From an uncultured Spirochaetota bacterium (lineage in GTDB: Bacteria; Spirochaetota; Spirochaetia; SZUA-6; Fen-1364): a stretch of 64,000 bases of DNA. This document shows positions 43,387-53,860 of this stretch, piece by piece (position 1 is the stretch's first letter; each line of letters starts with the position of its first letter). The notes under the pieces were generated by a model. It was not told where the DNA came from and did no database searches. It saw only the letters and a program-made list of their open reading frames with translations. The stretch is taken from positions 352,001 to 416,000 of the forward strand of contig CAVTHO010000008.1 of NCBI GenBank assembly GCA_963734545.1. The letters run 5' to 3'. The position numbers and the translations under genes were made by a program.

Positions 43387-43567
43387 TAGGGGGGCGCACG
43401 GGCATCTCGAGCTCCATGATACGCTGCAGCTCGTAGATCGGCACTATCGCGGCGATTTTACGCTCACGCCTGGTGATAATGATTCTCTCCCTGCCGAACG
43501 CAACTCTATTGAGCAACACGGAAAACTGGTTTCGCGCTGTTACCGACGTGACGCTTTCCACCGGCAC
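43319..43567 (-). CDS. Phd/YefM family antitoxin (no adjacent toxin)
   Basis: VTARNQFSVLLNRVAFGRERIIITRRERKIAAIVP is a typical Phd N-terminal fold; GGAGG RBS before GTG 43567. Confidence 0.8.
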   Translation of the reverse strand: MPVESVTSVTARNQFSVLLNRVAFGRERIIITRRERKIAAIVPIYELQRIMELEMPVRPPIRTGADLAAALEEEMRLAAESR

Positions 43568-43606
43568 ATGAACCTCCAATCTGCACCACCTGCGAAGCAC
43601 AAACGC

Positions 43607-43686
43607 GCTCAAACGTACGCTTGAGCAACTCAGATTCGGCCATGCATAAACTACAAACATGCTCAAACGTACATTTGGGCGTGTTT
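43607..43686. promoter_or_regulatory. Two related palindromic operators upstream of the Phd-like gene
   Basis: GCTCAAACGTACGCTTGAGC (43607-43626) and AAACATGCTCAAACGTACATTTGGGCGTGTTT (43655-43686), both centred on GTAC. Confidence 0.75.
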
Positions 43687-43876
43687 TTCATTGCTGGCTG
43701 CCCCGGACAGATGGATGTCGGCCAATGCATAGAGCACAAGCGCATGTTCTTCATACGGCCGGATATTCGCACCGCTTGCAGTTGCACGTCTTGCTCATGC
43801 GTGCTACACTGCCGGTAATTCCCGTCTGAAGAAAAATCGACCCCGATACCGCGCCACAAGTGCCGAAGGAGACCAC

Positions 43877-44336
43877 ATGGAACAGGCGTTTCAAGCCCTT
43901 CTGGGGGAGTGGAAGGGCGTCAAAGGGAACGTCATCCCGCTTTTGCAGAAGACCCAGGATATCTTCGGGTATCTGCCGCAAGATGCCATGCGCGAGATTG
44001 CGCGCGTGACGGGAAAGACAGTCTCCGAGATCTTCGGCGTCGCGACTTTCTATGCCCAGTTCCGCTTCACTCCCATGGGAAAGCACGTGATGAAGGTCTG
44101 TCACGGCACCGCCTGCCACGTGCAGGGCGCCGATTCACTGGACACCGTAGTGGAGCAGCGTCTCGGGGTTGCACCGGGCAACAACACCGCGGACGGCGAG
44201 TTCACCGTGGAGCGCGTCGCCTGCCTGGGATGCTGTTCGCTCGCGCCGGTCGTCATGATCGACGGTGAGGTCTACGGAAGGCTCACCGGCGACAAGCTCG
44301 GCAAGATCATCAAGACGGTCGGGAGGTGCCGGATGA
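43877..44336 (+). CDS. NuoE/HydC-like [2Fe-2S] subunit (StnA-like)
   Basis: GVATFYAQF, VCHGTACH, VACLGCCSLAPV; reads in frame into the next gene, probably through an indel before the ATGA overlap. Confidence 0.88.
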
Positions 44337-46115
44337 GCGCGCGCGCAGAAGTCGCGGTCGGCATGAGCTCCTGCGGCATCGCCGCGGGCGCCCGGGTCGT
44401 CTTCGAATCTCTTCAGAAGGACGTCGCTGCCCGCGGCCTTCCCTTCTCCGTTGTGGCCACGGGCTGCATCGGCGCCTGCCACGCGGAGCCGCTTGTCGAG
44501 ATCCGGCAGGCCGGACGGCAGGAGCTTTCTCTACGGGAACGTGGACGAGGCACGGGCGCGGCGCCATCGTGGAGGGCCATCTCGTCGGCGGAACACCTGT
44601 CGACGAGCTGCTCGTTCCCGCCTGACTACCCCTACCTGGCCCGGCAGCGACGGATCGTGCTTGCCAACTGCGGCGTCATCGATCCCGAGTCCATCGAGCA
44701 GTACATCGCGCGCGACGGCTATGCCGCGCTGAGAAAGGTGCTCGCCGGCATGACACCCGAAGCAGTGATCGAGGAGGTGAAGGCTTCCGGCCTGCGCGGC
44801 CGGGGCGGTGCGGGCTTCTCCACGGGCATGAAATGGACGTTTGCCCGGGAGGCCAGATCGGCGACCGGAAAGAAGTACGTGATCTGCAACGCCGACGAGG
44901 GCGACCCCGGCGCGTTCATGGACCGGTCGGTCCTCGAGGGCGACCCGCACGCGGTGCTGGAAGGCATGCTCATCTGCGCGTACGCGGTCGGCGCCGACGA
45001 GGGATACATGTACGTCCGCGCCGAGTACCCGCTCGCCATCAAGAGACTCCAGATCGCCCTGAAGCAGATGGAGGAGCGGAACCTCCTGGGGGACAGCATC
45101 CTCGGCACCACCTTCTCCTTCCGGCTGCACATCAAGGAAGGCGCCGGCGCCTTCGTCTGCGGCGAGGAGACGGCCCTGATGGGCTCGATCGAGGGAAAGC
45201 GCGGCATGCCGCGGCTCCGGCCTCCCTTTCCGGCGGTGCGCGGGCTGTGGGACTCCCCCACGAACATCAACAACGTGGAGACCTACGCCAACATCGCTCC
45301 CATCATCCGCATGGGCGGCGCCGGCTACGCCGCAATCGGCACGGAAAAGAGCAAGGGCACAAAGGTCTTCGCCCTCGCCGGCAAGATCAAGCGCGGCGGC
45401 ATGATCGAGGTGCCGATGGGCATCAGCCTGCGCGAGATCATCTTCGACATCGGCGGCGGGATCCAGGGAGACGGGAAGTTCAAGGCCGTGCAGATGGGCG
45501 GACCCTCCGGCGGCTGCGTGCCGGAGAGCCTTGCCGACGTGCTCATCGACTACGATTCCCTGACCGCATCCGGGGCCATCATGGGCTCGGGCGGCATGGT
45601 GGTCATGGACGAATCGACCTGCATGGTGGACGTGGCCCGCTACTTCCTCAACTTCATCCAGAGCGAGTCCTGCGGCAAGTGCACATTCTGCCGCATCGGC
45701 ACCAAGCGGATGCTGGAGATCCTCACGCGGATCACCGAGGGCAAGGGCGTGGAGGAGGATGTCGCGGAGCTGGAAGACCTGGCGGCAAAGGTGAAGGTCT
45801 CTTCCCTCTGCGGCCTGGGCCAGACTGCGCCCAACCCCGTGCTCACGACCCTGCGCTACTTCCGCGTCGGAGTACGATGATCACATCAGGAACAAGCGCT
45901 GCACAGCGAAGAAGTGCAAGGCGCTGATCCGGTTCGGCGTGATCACCGATGCCTGCACGGGATGCATGCTGTGCGCGAAGGTCTGTCCGACAAAGGCGGC
46001 CCGGGGCGAGCGGAAAAAGGTGCACACGATCGACCAGGACACCTGCATACGCTGCGGCTTGTGCTTCGAGGCCTGCAGGTTCGACGCTATCGGGATCACG
46101 TCAGGTAAGGAATGA
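44333..46115 (+). CDS. NuoF/HydB-like FMN/NADH subunit with N-terminal thioredoxin-like [2Fe-2S] and C-terminal 2x[4Fe-4S] domains (StnB-like); frameshifts
   Basis: SSCGIAAGA...TGCIGAC..EP, GLRGRGGAGF, CNADEGDPGAFMDR, FVCGEETAL, ESCGKCTFCR, SLCGLG, CTGCMLCAKVCP, CIRCGLCFEAC. Confidence 0.9.
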
Positions 46116-49100
46116 CAATGGCGCCTCAGAAAATCGAGATCACCCTGGACGGAAAGAAGATCCTGGTCGAGCCGGGCCTGTCCATCCTGGAAGTGGCGGA
46201 GAGCCAGGGAATACGGATCCCCACCCTTTGCCATGACCGGCGCCTCGAGCCCTACGCATCCTGCTGGGTCTGCCTCGTGAAGGTGGAGCGGGCAAAGGGT
46301 TTCGTGCCGAGCTGCGGCACAAAGGTCGCGCCGGGCATGGTCATCACGACCACCGCGCCTGACGTTACGGCAGCCCGGCGCATGGCCCTGGACCTGCTGC
46401 TCTCCAATCATTACGGGGACTGCAAGGCTCCCTGCACCCTGACCTGCCCCTCCAACATCGACATCCAGGGCTACCTCGGCCTGGTGGCGAACGGGAAGAC
46501 CACCGAGGCGGTGGAGCTCATCCGGCGGGACAATCCGATGCCGGCCGTCATCGGGCGGATCTGCCCGCGGCCCTGCGAGCAGGAGTGCCGAAGGCGCCTG
46601 GTGGAGGAGCCGATCAACATCAACGGCATCAAGAGGTTCGTCGCCGACCTCGAGGCTGCCTCGGGAGGCATGCCCCCGCGGCCCCTGCCCGCGCGCAGCG
46701 GAAAGAAGGCGGCGGTTGTCGGCGCGGGCCCGGCGGGTCTTTCCGCGGCGTGGTACCTCTCCGAGAAAGGCGTGGATGTCACACTCTACGAGGCCATGGA
46801 AAAGGCGGGGGGAATGCTCCGCTACGGCATACCGGACTACCGGCTCCCGCCCGATGTGCTGGACAGGGCCATCGCGGAAATGACGAGCATGGGCGCGACG
46901 CTGCGCACCGGCGTGCGGCTCGGCAGGGACATGACCCTGGAGAAGCTGCGCGCGGAAAACGACGCCGTTGTGCTGGCCATCGGGGCGTGGAAGGGCCGCA
47001 CTCTCCGCATCCCGGGCGAGGATCACCCGGCAGTGCTCTCCGGGCATCGACTTCCTGCGGGACGTGAACGCCGGCACGCCGGTGACGCGTGGGGAAGATC
47101 GTTGCGGTGATCGGCGGCGGCAACACGGCCCTTGATGCCGCGCGCTGCTCGCTGCGGCGCGGGGCGGCGAAGGTCACGATGTACTACCGCCGCACGCGGG
47201 AAGAGATGCCTGCCTCAGATGCGGAGATCGAAGAGACGCTCGAGGAAGGCATCGATATCCAGTACCTCGTCGCGCCCGTCTCGATCCAGACAGAAGGAGA
47301 AAGCCTGAAGACCCTCACCCTCCTCCGCATGGAGCTGGGCGAGCCGGACGCATCCGGCCGCAGGCGGCCCGTCCCCGTCGACGGCTCGGAGTTCACGGTC
47401 CCCGTGGACACCATCATCTCGGCGGTCGGGCAGTACTCCGACACGAAGCTGCTCGCAGGCGTCCCCGGCCTGGTCGACGAAAAGGGCAATCTGAACGCGG
47501 ACCTGGCAACGGGCGGCACGGAGGTCCCCGGGGTATTCGCTGCCGGAGACCTGCTCACCGGCACCGACATCGCCATCCGCGCGATTGCCGGCGGCAAGCA
47601 CGCGGCGCGCGCGGCGCTGGCGTACATGGACGGTCGGTCTTATCAGCGGCCGAAGGAGTTCCTCAGCAAGAAGGCCGACTTCAAGGCGCCCACTGCGGCG
47701 GACTACAAGGAGACGCCGCGCGCGCCGCGCGCCCGGGCGGCGGTCCTGGCGCCCGCGCCCCGGGCCAGGACCTTTGCCGAGATCGAGTCGACCCTGCCTG
47801 CCGCGCAGGCGGCGCAGGAAGCAGCCCGGTGCCTGGAGTGCGGGTGCCAGGACGTCAAGGACTGCGCCCTGAAGCTGCACGCAACCGAGTACGATGCCAT
47901 GGCCAGGCGGTTCCTCGGCGAGGTGGCGGTCCACCCTGTGGACGACACGCACCCCTTCATCAGCCGGGACCCCTCAAAGTGCATCCTCTGCGGCCGGTGC
48001 ATCAGGATCTGCCTCGAGGTGCAGGGCATCGGGGTGTTCGGCTACATGTACCGGGGATTCTCCTCGGTGGTGGCCCCCTCGTTCGGTATTCCATTCGGCG
48101 AGGACGCAACCTGCATCTCCTGCGGCCAGTGCGTCTCCGCCTGCCCGGTGGGCGCGCTCACCGAGAAGCTTCCGGCACGGAAGAACGTGCCCCTGCCGGA
48201 GAAGACCGTGGAAGGCACCTGTGCGCGCTGCTCGGTGGGGTGCGGCATCGACTACCACTGGCACGGGAGTCTCTTCACACGGGTGACCGAGCGCTATGAC
48301 GTTCCGAACAATGGCAAGCTCTGCAAGAAGGGAAAGTTCGGCCACGAGTTCCTGAACGATCCGATGCCCGCGGCCATAGACCTCGCGAAGGCGCGCGCGC
48401 AGGCCGCGGGACTCCTGAAAAAGGCGAAAAGCCCGGTGATGAGGATCTCCCCCTACCTCTGCGGAGAAGCGATCGACGCGTTCGTCGATGCGGCGGGCCG
48501 CAAAGGGATCCCGGTGCGTGCCGCGGGCCTCGAGCGGCTGGACCCGCGATGGGCGGAGCTCGCCGCGCGTGCGCCCACCGGCCACGCCGGCGATGAGAAG
48601 AAGCTGATCCTCCTCATCGGAGACATCGCCGGGTCGAACAACGTCGCCTTCACGGAGGCGTACCGCAAGCGCCGCGAGGGCAGCGCGGAGCTCTGGATCG
48701 CCGGCCATGACGACGAGACTGCGCGGCGCGCCGCGGCGCGCGTGATTCCCGACGTGCAGGCCGCGCTTGCGGAAGCTGTTGCGTCAGGCGGCCCGGTGGA
48801 AGTCTGGGTGAATCCCGAAGAATCGGGGAACGGCGCCCTCGAGGGCCTGCTCGCGGTGCAGGACAGGGTGCAGGTCCAGCTCCTGTGGAACTCGAGGAAC
48901 GCGGGCTATCTCTTCCTGCGCCAGAGCAAGACGGCACAGACAGCCGATCTCCTGCTCGACGTGGGTGTCGAAGAGTCGGCAAACGGGACGAAACGGATCG
49001 CATGGGGGAAAAAGCCCGGCGTCCAGGACCTCTTCATCCCTGTTCCGCGGGAGTGGTGGATCCAGGGCCGCTCGCATCCGACGTCAATGCCGGCTGTGCA

Positions 49101-49152
49101 GTCCGGAAGCATCGAGAGCGACGTGTTGAGGGCTGTCCTGCTGCTCGATTGA
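46112..49152 (+). CDS. NuoG-N/GltD(NfnB)-like NADP(H) oxidoreductase fusion with a degenerate molybdopterin-oxidoreductase tail (StnC-like); frameshifts near 47045-47090
   Basis: [2Fe-2S] TLCH..CWVCLV..SC; GltD-like PCTLTCP, GRICPRPCEQEC, GAGPAGLS, GGGNTALD, YRR; CILCGRCIRIC, CISCGQCVSACP, CARCSVGC..LCKKG. Confidence 0.85.
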
Positions 49153-49746
49153 GGGAAACCAGTCCCTGATCGTTTCGATCATGGACTGCAGCCATGCTTT
49201 TCTGGCAGAAGCGTCGGTCCTGCGCATGTCCCTCATCACGTGACATTCCGCCTTCATGCCGCACCTGCCCAGGATGACGTCGGTCCAGAGGGTCTCAAGG
49301 GTCCGGGGCACTGCGCCACCGTACTCGGTGGATTTGTCGCGGTCACGCGCGTCCGAGGTGCAGAAAACAAGGCCCTTCTTGCCTTTCAGGAGCGGCGTCC
49401 AGTCCTTCTCTTCCGCATCCCCGTCCAGGTCATACGCAACGCCCTGCCTGAAAACCCTGTCCAGCCATCCCTTGAGAACAGCCGGCGGTTGTCCCCACCA
49501 GTCAGGATGGAAGATGAGAAGACCGTCGCACGCGGCCAACTCCCGGCAGTGCACCTGCACGAGAGTGTCGAGGCTGAAACTCCGTGCAAGCTCCGGCGCA
49601 CCGAGCACGGGATCGAAGCCCTCTTTGTAGAGATCATGCATGATCACTTCGTGGCCGAGTGACCGCAACGACTCCTCAGCGGCTGCGGCGAGCGCAAGGT
49701 TGAAGCTTCCGGGACGCGGATGGCAGAGCACCTGCATAATCTTCAT
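49084..49746 (-). CDS. NAD(P)H-dependent oxidoreductase, flavodoxin-2 fold
   Basis: HPRPGSFN, HDLYKEGFDPV, HPDWWGQPPAVLKGWLDRV. Confidence 0.88.
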   Translation of the reverse strand: MKIMQVLCHPRPGSFNLALAAAAEESLRSLGHEVIMHDLYKEGFDPVLGAPELARSFSLDTLVQVHCRELAACDGLLIFHPDWWGQPPAVLKGWLDRVFRQGVAYDLDGDAEEKDWTPLLKGKKGLVFCTSDARDRDKSTEYGGAVPRTLETLWTDVILGRCGMKAECHVMRDMRRTDASARKAWLQSMIETIRDWFPSIEQQDSPQHVALDASGLHSRH

Positions 49747-49752
49747 TGGTTT

Positions 49753-49777
49753 AAACTTGACTAATTTAGTCAGGTTT
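49753..49777. promoter_or_regulatory. IscR/Rrf2-type operator upstream of the suf operon
   Basis: Near-perfect palindrome AAACTTGACTAA-T-TTAGTCAGGTTT with the GACT-N5-AGTC core of IscR type-1 sites. Confidence 0.7.
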
Positions 49778-49805
49778 GTCAATTTATAAGTAAAGGAAGG
49801 ATGAA

Positions 49806-50108
49806 GTGGTTTCCCGAGAAGAAATCCTGGACGTGCTCAGGAACGTCGAAGACCCCGAGCTGGCAATCAGCATCGTCGAGCTCGGGCTCGTCTACAGGGT
49901 CGAAGGCCGCGAAAACTCGATCGAAGTGGATTTCACGCTGACGTATCCCGGCTGCCCGGCAGGGGACATGATTCAACGGGACATCATCGAAACGCTGCAC
50001 GACGCATTCGGAATCGTCGACGTGAAAGCCACCATCGTGTGGACCCCGATGTGGGGACCCGAGCGGATGAGCGAGGAAGCGCGCGTCGGGCTCGGCTACC
50101 CCATCTGA
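49806..50108 (+). CDS. sufT: Metal-sulfur cluster assembly factor (DUF59)
   Basis: DPELAISIVELGLVY, TLTYPGCP, W.P.W.PERMS. Confidence 0.88.
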   Translation: MVSREEILDVLRNVEDPELAISIVELGLVYRVEGRENSIEVDFTLTYPGCPAGDMIQRDIIETLHDAFGIVDVKATIVWTPMWGPERMSEEARVGLGYPI

Positions 50109-50122
50109 CAAGAGGAAGAAAC

Positions 50123-50912
50123 ATGGCACACCATCTCCAAGTAAGAGACCTCCAGGCCGGGATCAGCCGGTAAGCCGATCCTTGCGGGCCTGGACCTGGA
50201 CATTCACGCGGGAGAGATCCACGCGCTCATGGGACCCAACGGGTCCGGCAAGAGCACCCTTGCGAACGTGCTCATGGGCCACCCGTCCTACGCCGTGACC
50301 GGCGGCAGCGTGCTCCTGGACGGCGAGGACTACCTGGCCCTCAAGCCGAGCGAACGGGCGCTGCGCGGGGTCTTCCTCGCTTTCCAGTACCCGGTGGAGA
50401 TCGGCGGGGTGACCGTGGGCAAGTTCCTCAAGCGTGCCATCGAGCTGCGCGGGAACGGGAACGGCATGAACGTCACCGCGTATATCAAGGAGCTGCGGGA
50501 GGCCATGAACTTCATGGAGATGGACCAGGTCTTCATCAACCGCTACCTCAACCAGGGCTTCTCCGGCGGAGAGAAGAAACGCATGGAAGTGCTGCAGATG
50601 CTGATGCTGAAGCCGTCCCTGGCGATCCTGGATGAAACGGACTCCGGCCTGGACATCGACGCGCTGAAGGTCGTGGCGCGCGGCGTGAACAAGATGCGCG
50701 GTCCCAATTTCAGCGCGCTGATCATCACGCACTACCAGCGCATCCTCACGCAGATCGTTCCCGACTACGTCCACATCATGTACAAGGGCAGGATCGTGAC
50801 CTCGGGCGGGAAAGACCTGGTGGAGACCCTCGAGAGCAGGGGATACGACTGGATCAAGGAACAGTACGGGATCGAGGAGGAAGCAAGTGAGCGAGCAGTC
50901 TCAAGCCGTTGA
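50123..50912 (+). CDS. sufC: Fe-S cluster assembly ATPase; frameshift near 50170
   Basis: IHALMGPNGSGKSTL, FLAFQYPVEI, GFSGGEKKR, LDETDSGLDID, ITHYQR. Confidence 0.95.
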
Positions 50913-52290
50913 AATAGGCGAGTACCAGCACGGGTATCATTTTCCCGACGAGTCGGTCTTCAAGACCCGCAAGGGCCTGAACGAGGATATCGTCAACGCC
51001 ATCTCTCACCGCAAAGGGGAGCCCGAGTGGATGCGCCAGTTCCGACTGCGCTCTCTGGCCGCATTTCGCAAGAAGTCCATGCCCAACTGGGGCGCGGACC
51101 TCTCCGACATCGATTTCGATTCCCTCTATTATTACGCGGCACCGCAGGAGCAGCAGTCCCGGCGCTGGGAGGACGTGCCGGCCAATATCAAGGAGACCTT
51201 CGAGCGCATCGGGATCCCCGAGGCGGAGAGGAAGTTCCTTGCCGGCGTGGGGGCGCAGTACGACTCTGAGATGGTCTATCACAGCATCAAGGAAGACCTG
51301 AGCCGCCAGGGTGTGATCTTCACAGACCCCGAGACAGCGGTGCGCGAGCACCCTGACCTGGTGAAGCAGTACTTCGGCACGGTGATCCCCTACCTGGACA
51401 ACAAGTTTGCCGCGCTGAACAGCGCGGTATGGTCGGGCGGGAGCTTCGTGTACGTGCCAAAGGGCGTGAAGGTCGATGTGCCGCTGCAGGCCTACTTCCG
51501 CATCAACGCAAGGAGCTTCGGGCAGTTCGAGCGTACCCTCATCATCGCGGACGAGGGGAGCTTCGTACACTACATCGAGGGCTGCACCGCACCGATTTAT
51601 GCAACCGAGTCCCTGCACAGCGCCGTGGTGGAGATAATCGCCCTGCCGGGCTCCCGGGTGCGCTACACGACGATCCAGAACTGGTCCAGCGACGTGTACA
51701 ACCTGGTCACCAAGCGCGCCGTGGCGCACAAGGACGCCATCGTCGAATGGGTGGACGGCAATCTCGGATCCAAGCGCACCATGAAGTACCCCTCGATCTA
51801 CCTGGTGGGGGAAGGGGCTCACGGCGAGGTCCTGTCCATCGCTTTCGCGGGAAAGGGCCAGGAGCAGGACACCGGCGGCAAGGCGGTGCACGCGGCGAGC
51901 CACACCTCTTCGGTGATCACGGCAAAGTCCATCAGCAAGGACGGCGGCGTGGCCAGCTACCGTGGTCTTCTGAAGGTGAACGAGGGCCTGCACGATGTGC
52001 GCTCACGGGTGGTCTGTGACGCCCTGATCCTCGATGAGACGTCCCGCAGCAACACGTACCCCTACATGGAGATCAACTCCGACCACGTCTCCATCGAGCA
52101 CGAAGCGCGCGTGAGCCGGATCAGCGAGGACCAGCTCTTCTACCTCATGAGCAGGGGAATGAGCGAGCAGGAGGCCTCCCTCATGATCGTCAGCGGCTTC
52201 CTCGATCCGCTGGTCAAGCAGCTTCCAATGGAGTACGCGGTGGAGCTGAACCGCCTGATCGAGCTGGAGATGACGGGGACGGTGGGATGA
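50887..52290 (+). CDS. sufB: Fe-S cluster assembly scaffold
   Basis: AQYDSE, AVWSGGSF, GQFERTLI, YIEGCTAP, LHSAVVE, YLMSRG, LPMEYAVELNRL. Confidence 0.97.
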   Translation: MSEQSQAVEIGEYQHGYHFPDESVFKTRKGLNEDIVNAISHRKGEPEWMRQFRLRSLAAFRKKSMPNWGADLSDIDFDSLYYYAAPQEQQSRRWEDVPANIKETFERIGIPEAERKFLAGVGAQYDSEMVYHSIKEDLSRQGVIFTDPETAVREHPDLVKQYFGTVIPYLDNKFAALNSAVWSGGSFVYVPKGVKVDVPLQAYFRINARSFGQFERTLIIADEGSFVHYIEGCTAPIYATESLHSAVVEIIALPGSRVRYTTIQNWSSDVYNLVTKRAVAHKDAIVEWVDGNLGSKRTMKYPSIYLVGEGAHGEVLSIAFAGKGQEQDTGGKAVHAASHTSSVITAKSISKDGGVASYRGLLKVNEGLHDVRSRVVCDALILDETSRSNTYPYMEINSDHVSIEHEARVSRISEDQLFYLMSRGMSEQEASLMIVSGFLDPLVKQLPMEYAVELNRLIELEMTGTVG

Positions 52291-53538
52291 TGGCAGAACG
52301 TCTCGAACCGGCATGGATGCGGACCCTGCGCACGCAGGCCCGAGAGCGCTTCGATCACATGCAATGGCCGAGCCCGGCCGAGGAAGAGTGGCGGCGCACT
52401 GATGTGAGCCGGCTCGGCCTGGACTCGTATGCGCCGGCGCCTGCCCCGAAGGCAGCCTGTCCGCGGGAAGCGGATCCCGGCACGGCCGCGGGATCCATAC
52501 GGTTCGACGCGGGCCAGTGCACCGAGGTGGCCCTGGACGCCCGATGGCAGGAAAAGGGTGTGCGCCTTCTGCCTCTCGACCTCGCCCTGGAGGAGTTCGA
52601 GATTCCCCTCTACAAGCTCTTCCATGACGCCATCAGGGACGCCGACAACCGGTTCCTGGCCTGGCACTACGGGACGTGGAGTCATGGCGCGTTCCTCTGG
52701 GTTCCCCCCGGTCTGGAAATAGCCGAGCCGTTCTTCATGGAGTTTGCCGAGCGCGGAGAAGGGCTCTTCAGCGCGCCTCACGTGGCCGTGGTTCTCGGGA
52801 AGGGCGCGCGCGCGTCGGTGGTGCAGCACATTGGCGGAGAAGAGGGGCCCACCGGGCATCCTCTGCAATTCGGCGGTGGATATGCAGCTGTCAGACGCCT
52901 CGGCGCTCACCTTCTGCGAGATGCAGGAGCTCGGCGCCCGCTCGCTCTATTTCCGCCACGCGCGGGCAGACGTGGGACGGGACGGCTCACTGAGACACGT
53001 CGACGCGGCGTTCGGCGGCCGGCTCGCCAAGACCCGCATCGAATGCTCGCTTTCCGGAGCGGGCGCAGAAGCGTATCTTGATGGTGTGTACTATTGCCGC
53101 GGGGACCAGCACATGGACATTCGCACCGTGCAGCACCATCGCGCGCCCAAGGCGACGAGCAGGGCCTACTACAAGGGCGCCGTTGCGAGCGGGCGCACGG
53201 TCTTCCAGGGGCTGATCGAGGTGGCCACGGGCGCTTCCGGGACGGACGCGTATCTCACCAACAGGAACCTCATCCTCGGAGAGACGGCGCGATCGGACTC
53301 CATCCCGACCTTGAAGATCGGAAACAATGACGTGAAGTGCAGCCACGGGTCCACCACGGGGCGGCTGAGCGAAGAAGAGCTTTTCTACCTGGAAAGCCGC
53401 GGCCTCTCCGAGGTCGACGCCCGCGAGATGCTCGTGATCGGATACTTCGAAGATCTGCTGGCATCCGCACCCGAAAGGTACCGCGACGATGCCCTCGCCC
53501 GCATCCGCGAAAGACTCCGCCTCGTCAATGCCGCCTGA
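52287..53538 (+). CDS. sufD: Fe-S cluster assembly protein; frameshift near 52855
   Basis: EEWRRTD, DSIPTLKI..NDVKCSHGSTTG, LFYLESRG. Confidence 0.9.
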
Positions 53539-53860
53539 AGGCGGCACGTGGGTCCGGGTCGCCTCGGAGGAAGAGCTCGTGACGAGCATGAGCGTAAGCG
53601 TCGAGGGCCACCCCGTGGCGCTTTTCCGCACCGATGAGGGCATCTTTGCCCTGGACGATATCTGCTCGCACGAGTACTCCCGGCTCTCCGAGGGAGAGAT
53701 CTGGGCAGGCGAGGTCTATTGCCAGAAGCACGGTTCGCGGTTCAACCTGCGCACCGGCGCGGTCACGGGGCTCCCGGCCACCCAGCCGGTGCGCACGTGG
53801 AGCGCAAAAATCGAGGACGGAGGGATCTGGGTAGCATGGCGGCCGGCAGAGTCCAGATGA
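53528..53860 (+). CDS. Rieske-type [2Fe-2S] ferredoxin
   Basis: CSH...CQKHGSRF Rieske motif. Confidence 0.9.
   Translation: MPPEGGTWVRVASEEELVTSMSVSVEGHPVALFRTDEGIFALDDICSHEYSRLSEGEIWAGEVYCQKHGSRFNLRTGAVTGLPATQPVRTWSAKIEDGGIWVAWRPAESR

Noticed and set aside
43877-45880. Apparent NuoE-NuoF fusion
   Set aside because: An internal GGGAGG RBS and an ATGA overlap at 44333-44336, plus nearby indels, point to two genes; it needs read-level confirmation
43877-49152. Respiratory complex I, [FeFe]-hydrogenase or formate dehydrogenase
   Set aside because: No membrane Nuo subunits, no H-cluster motifs and no recognisable Mo/W-ligand region
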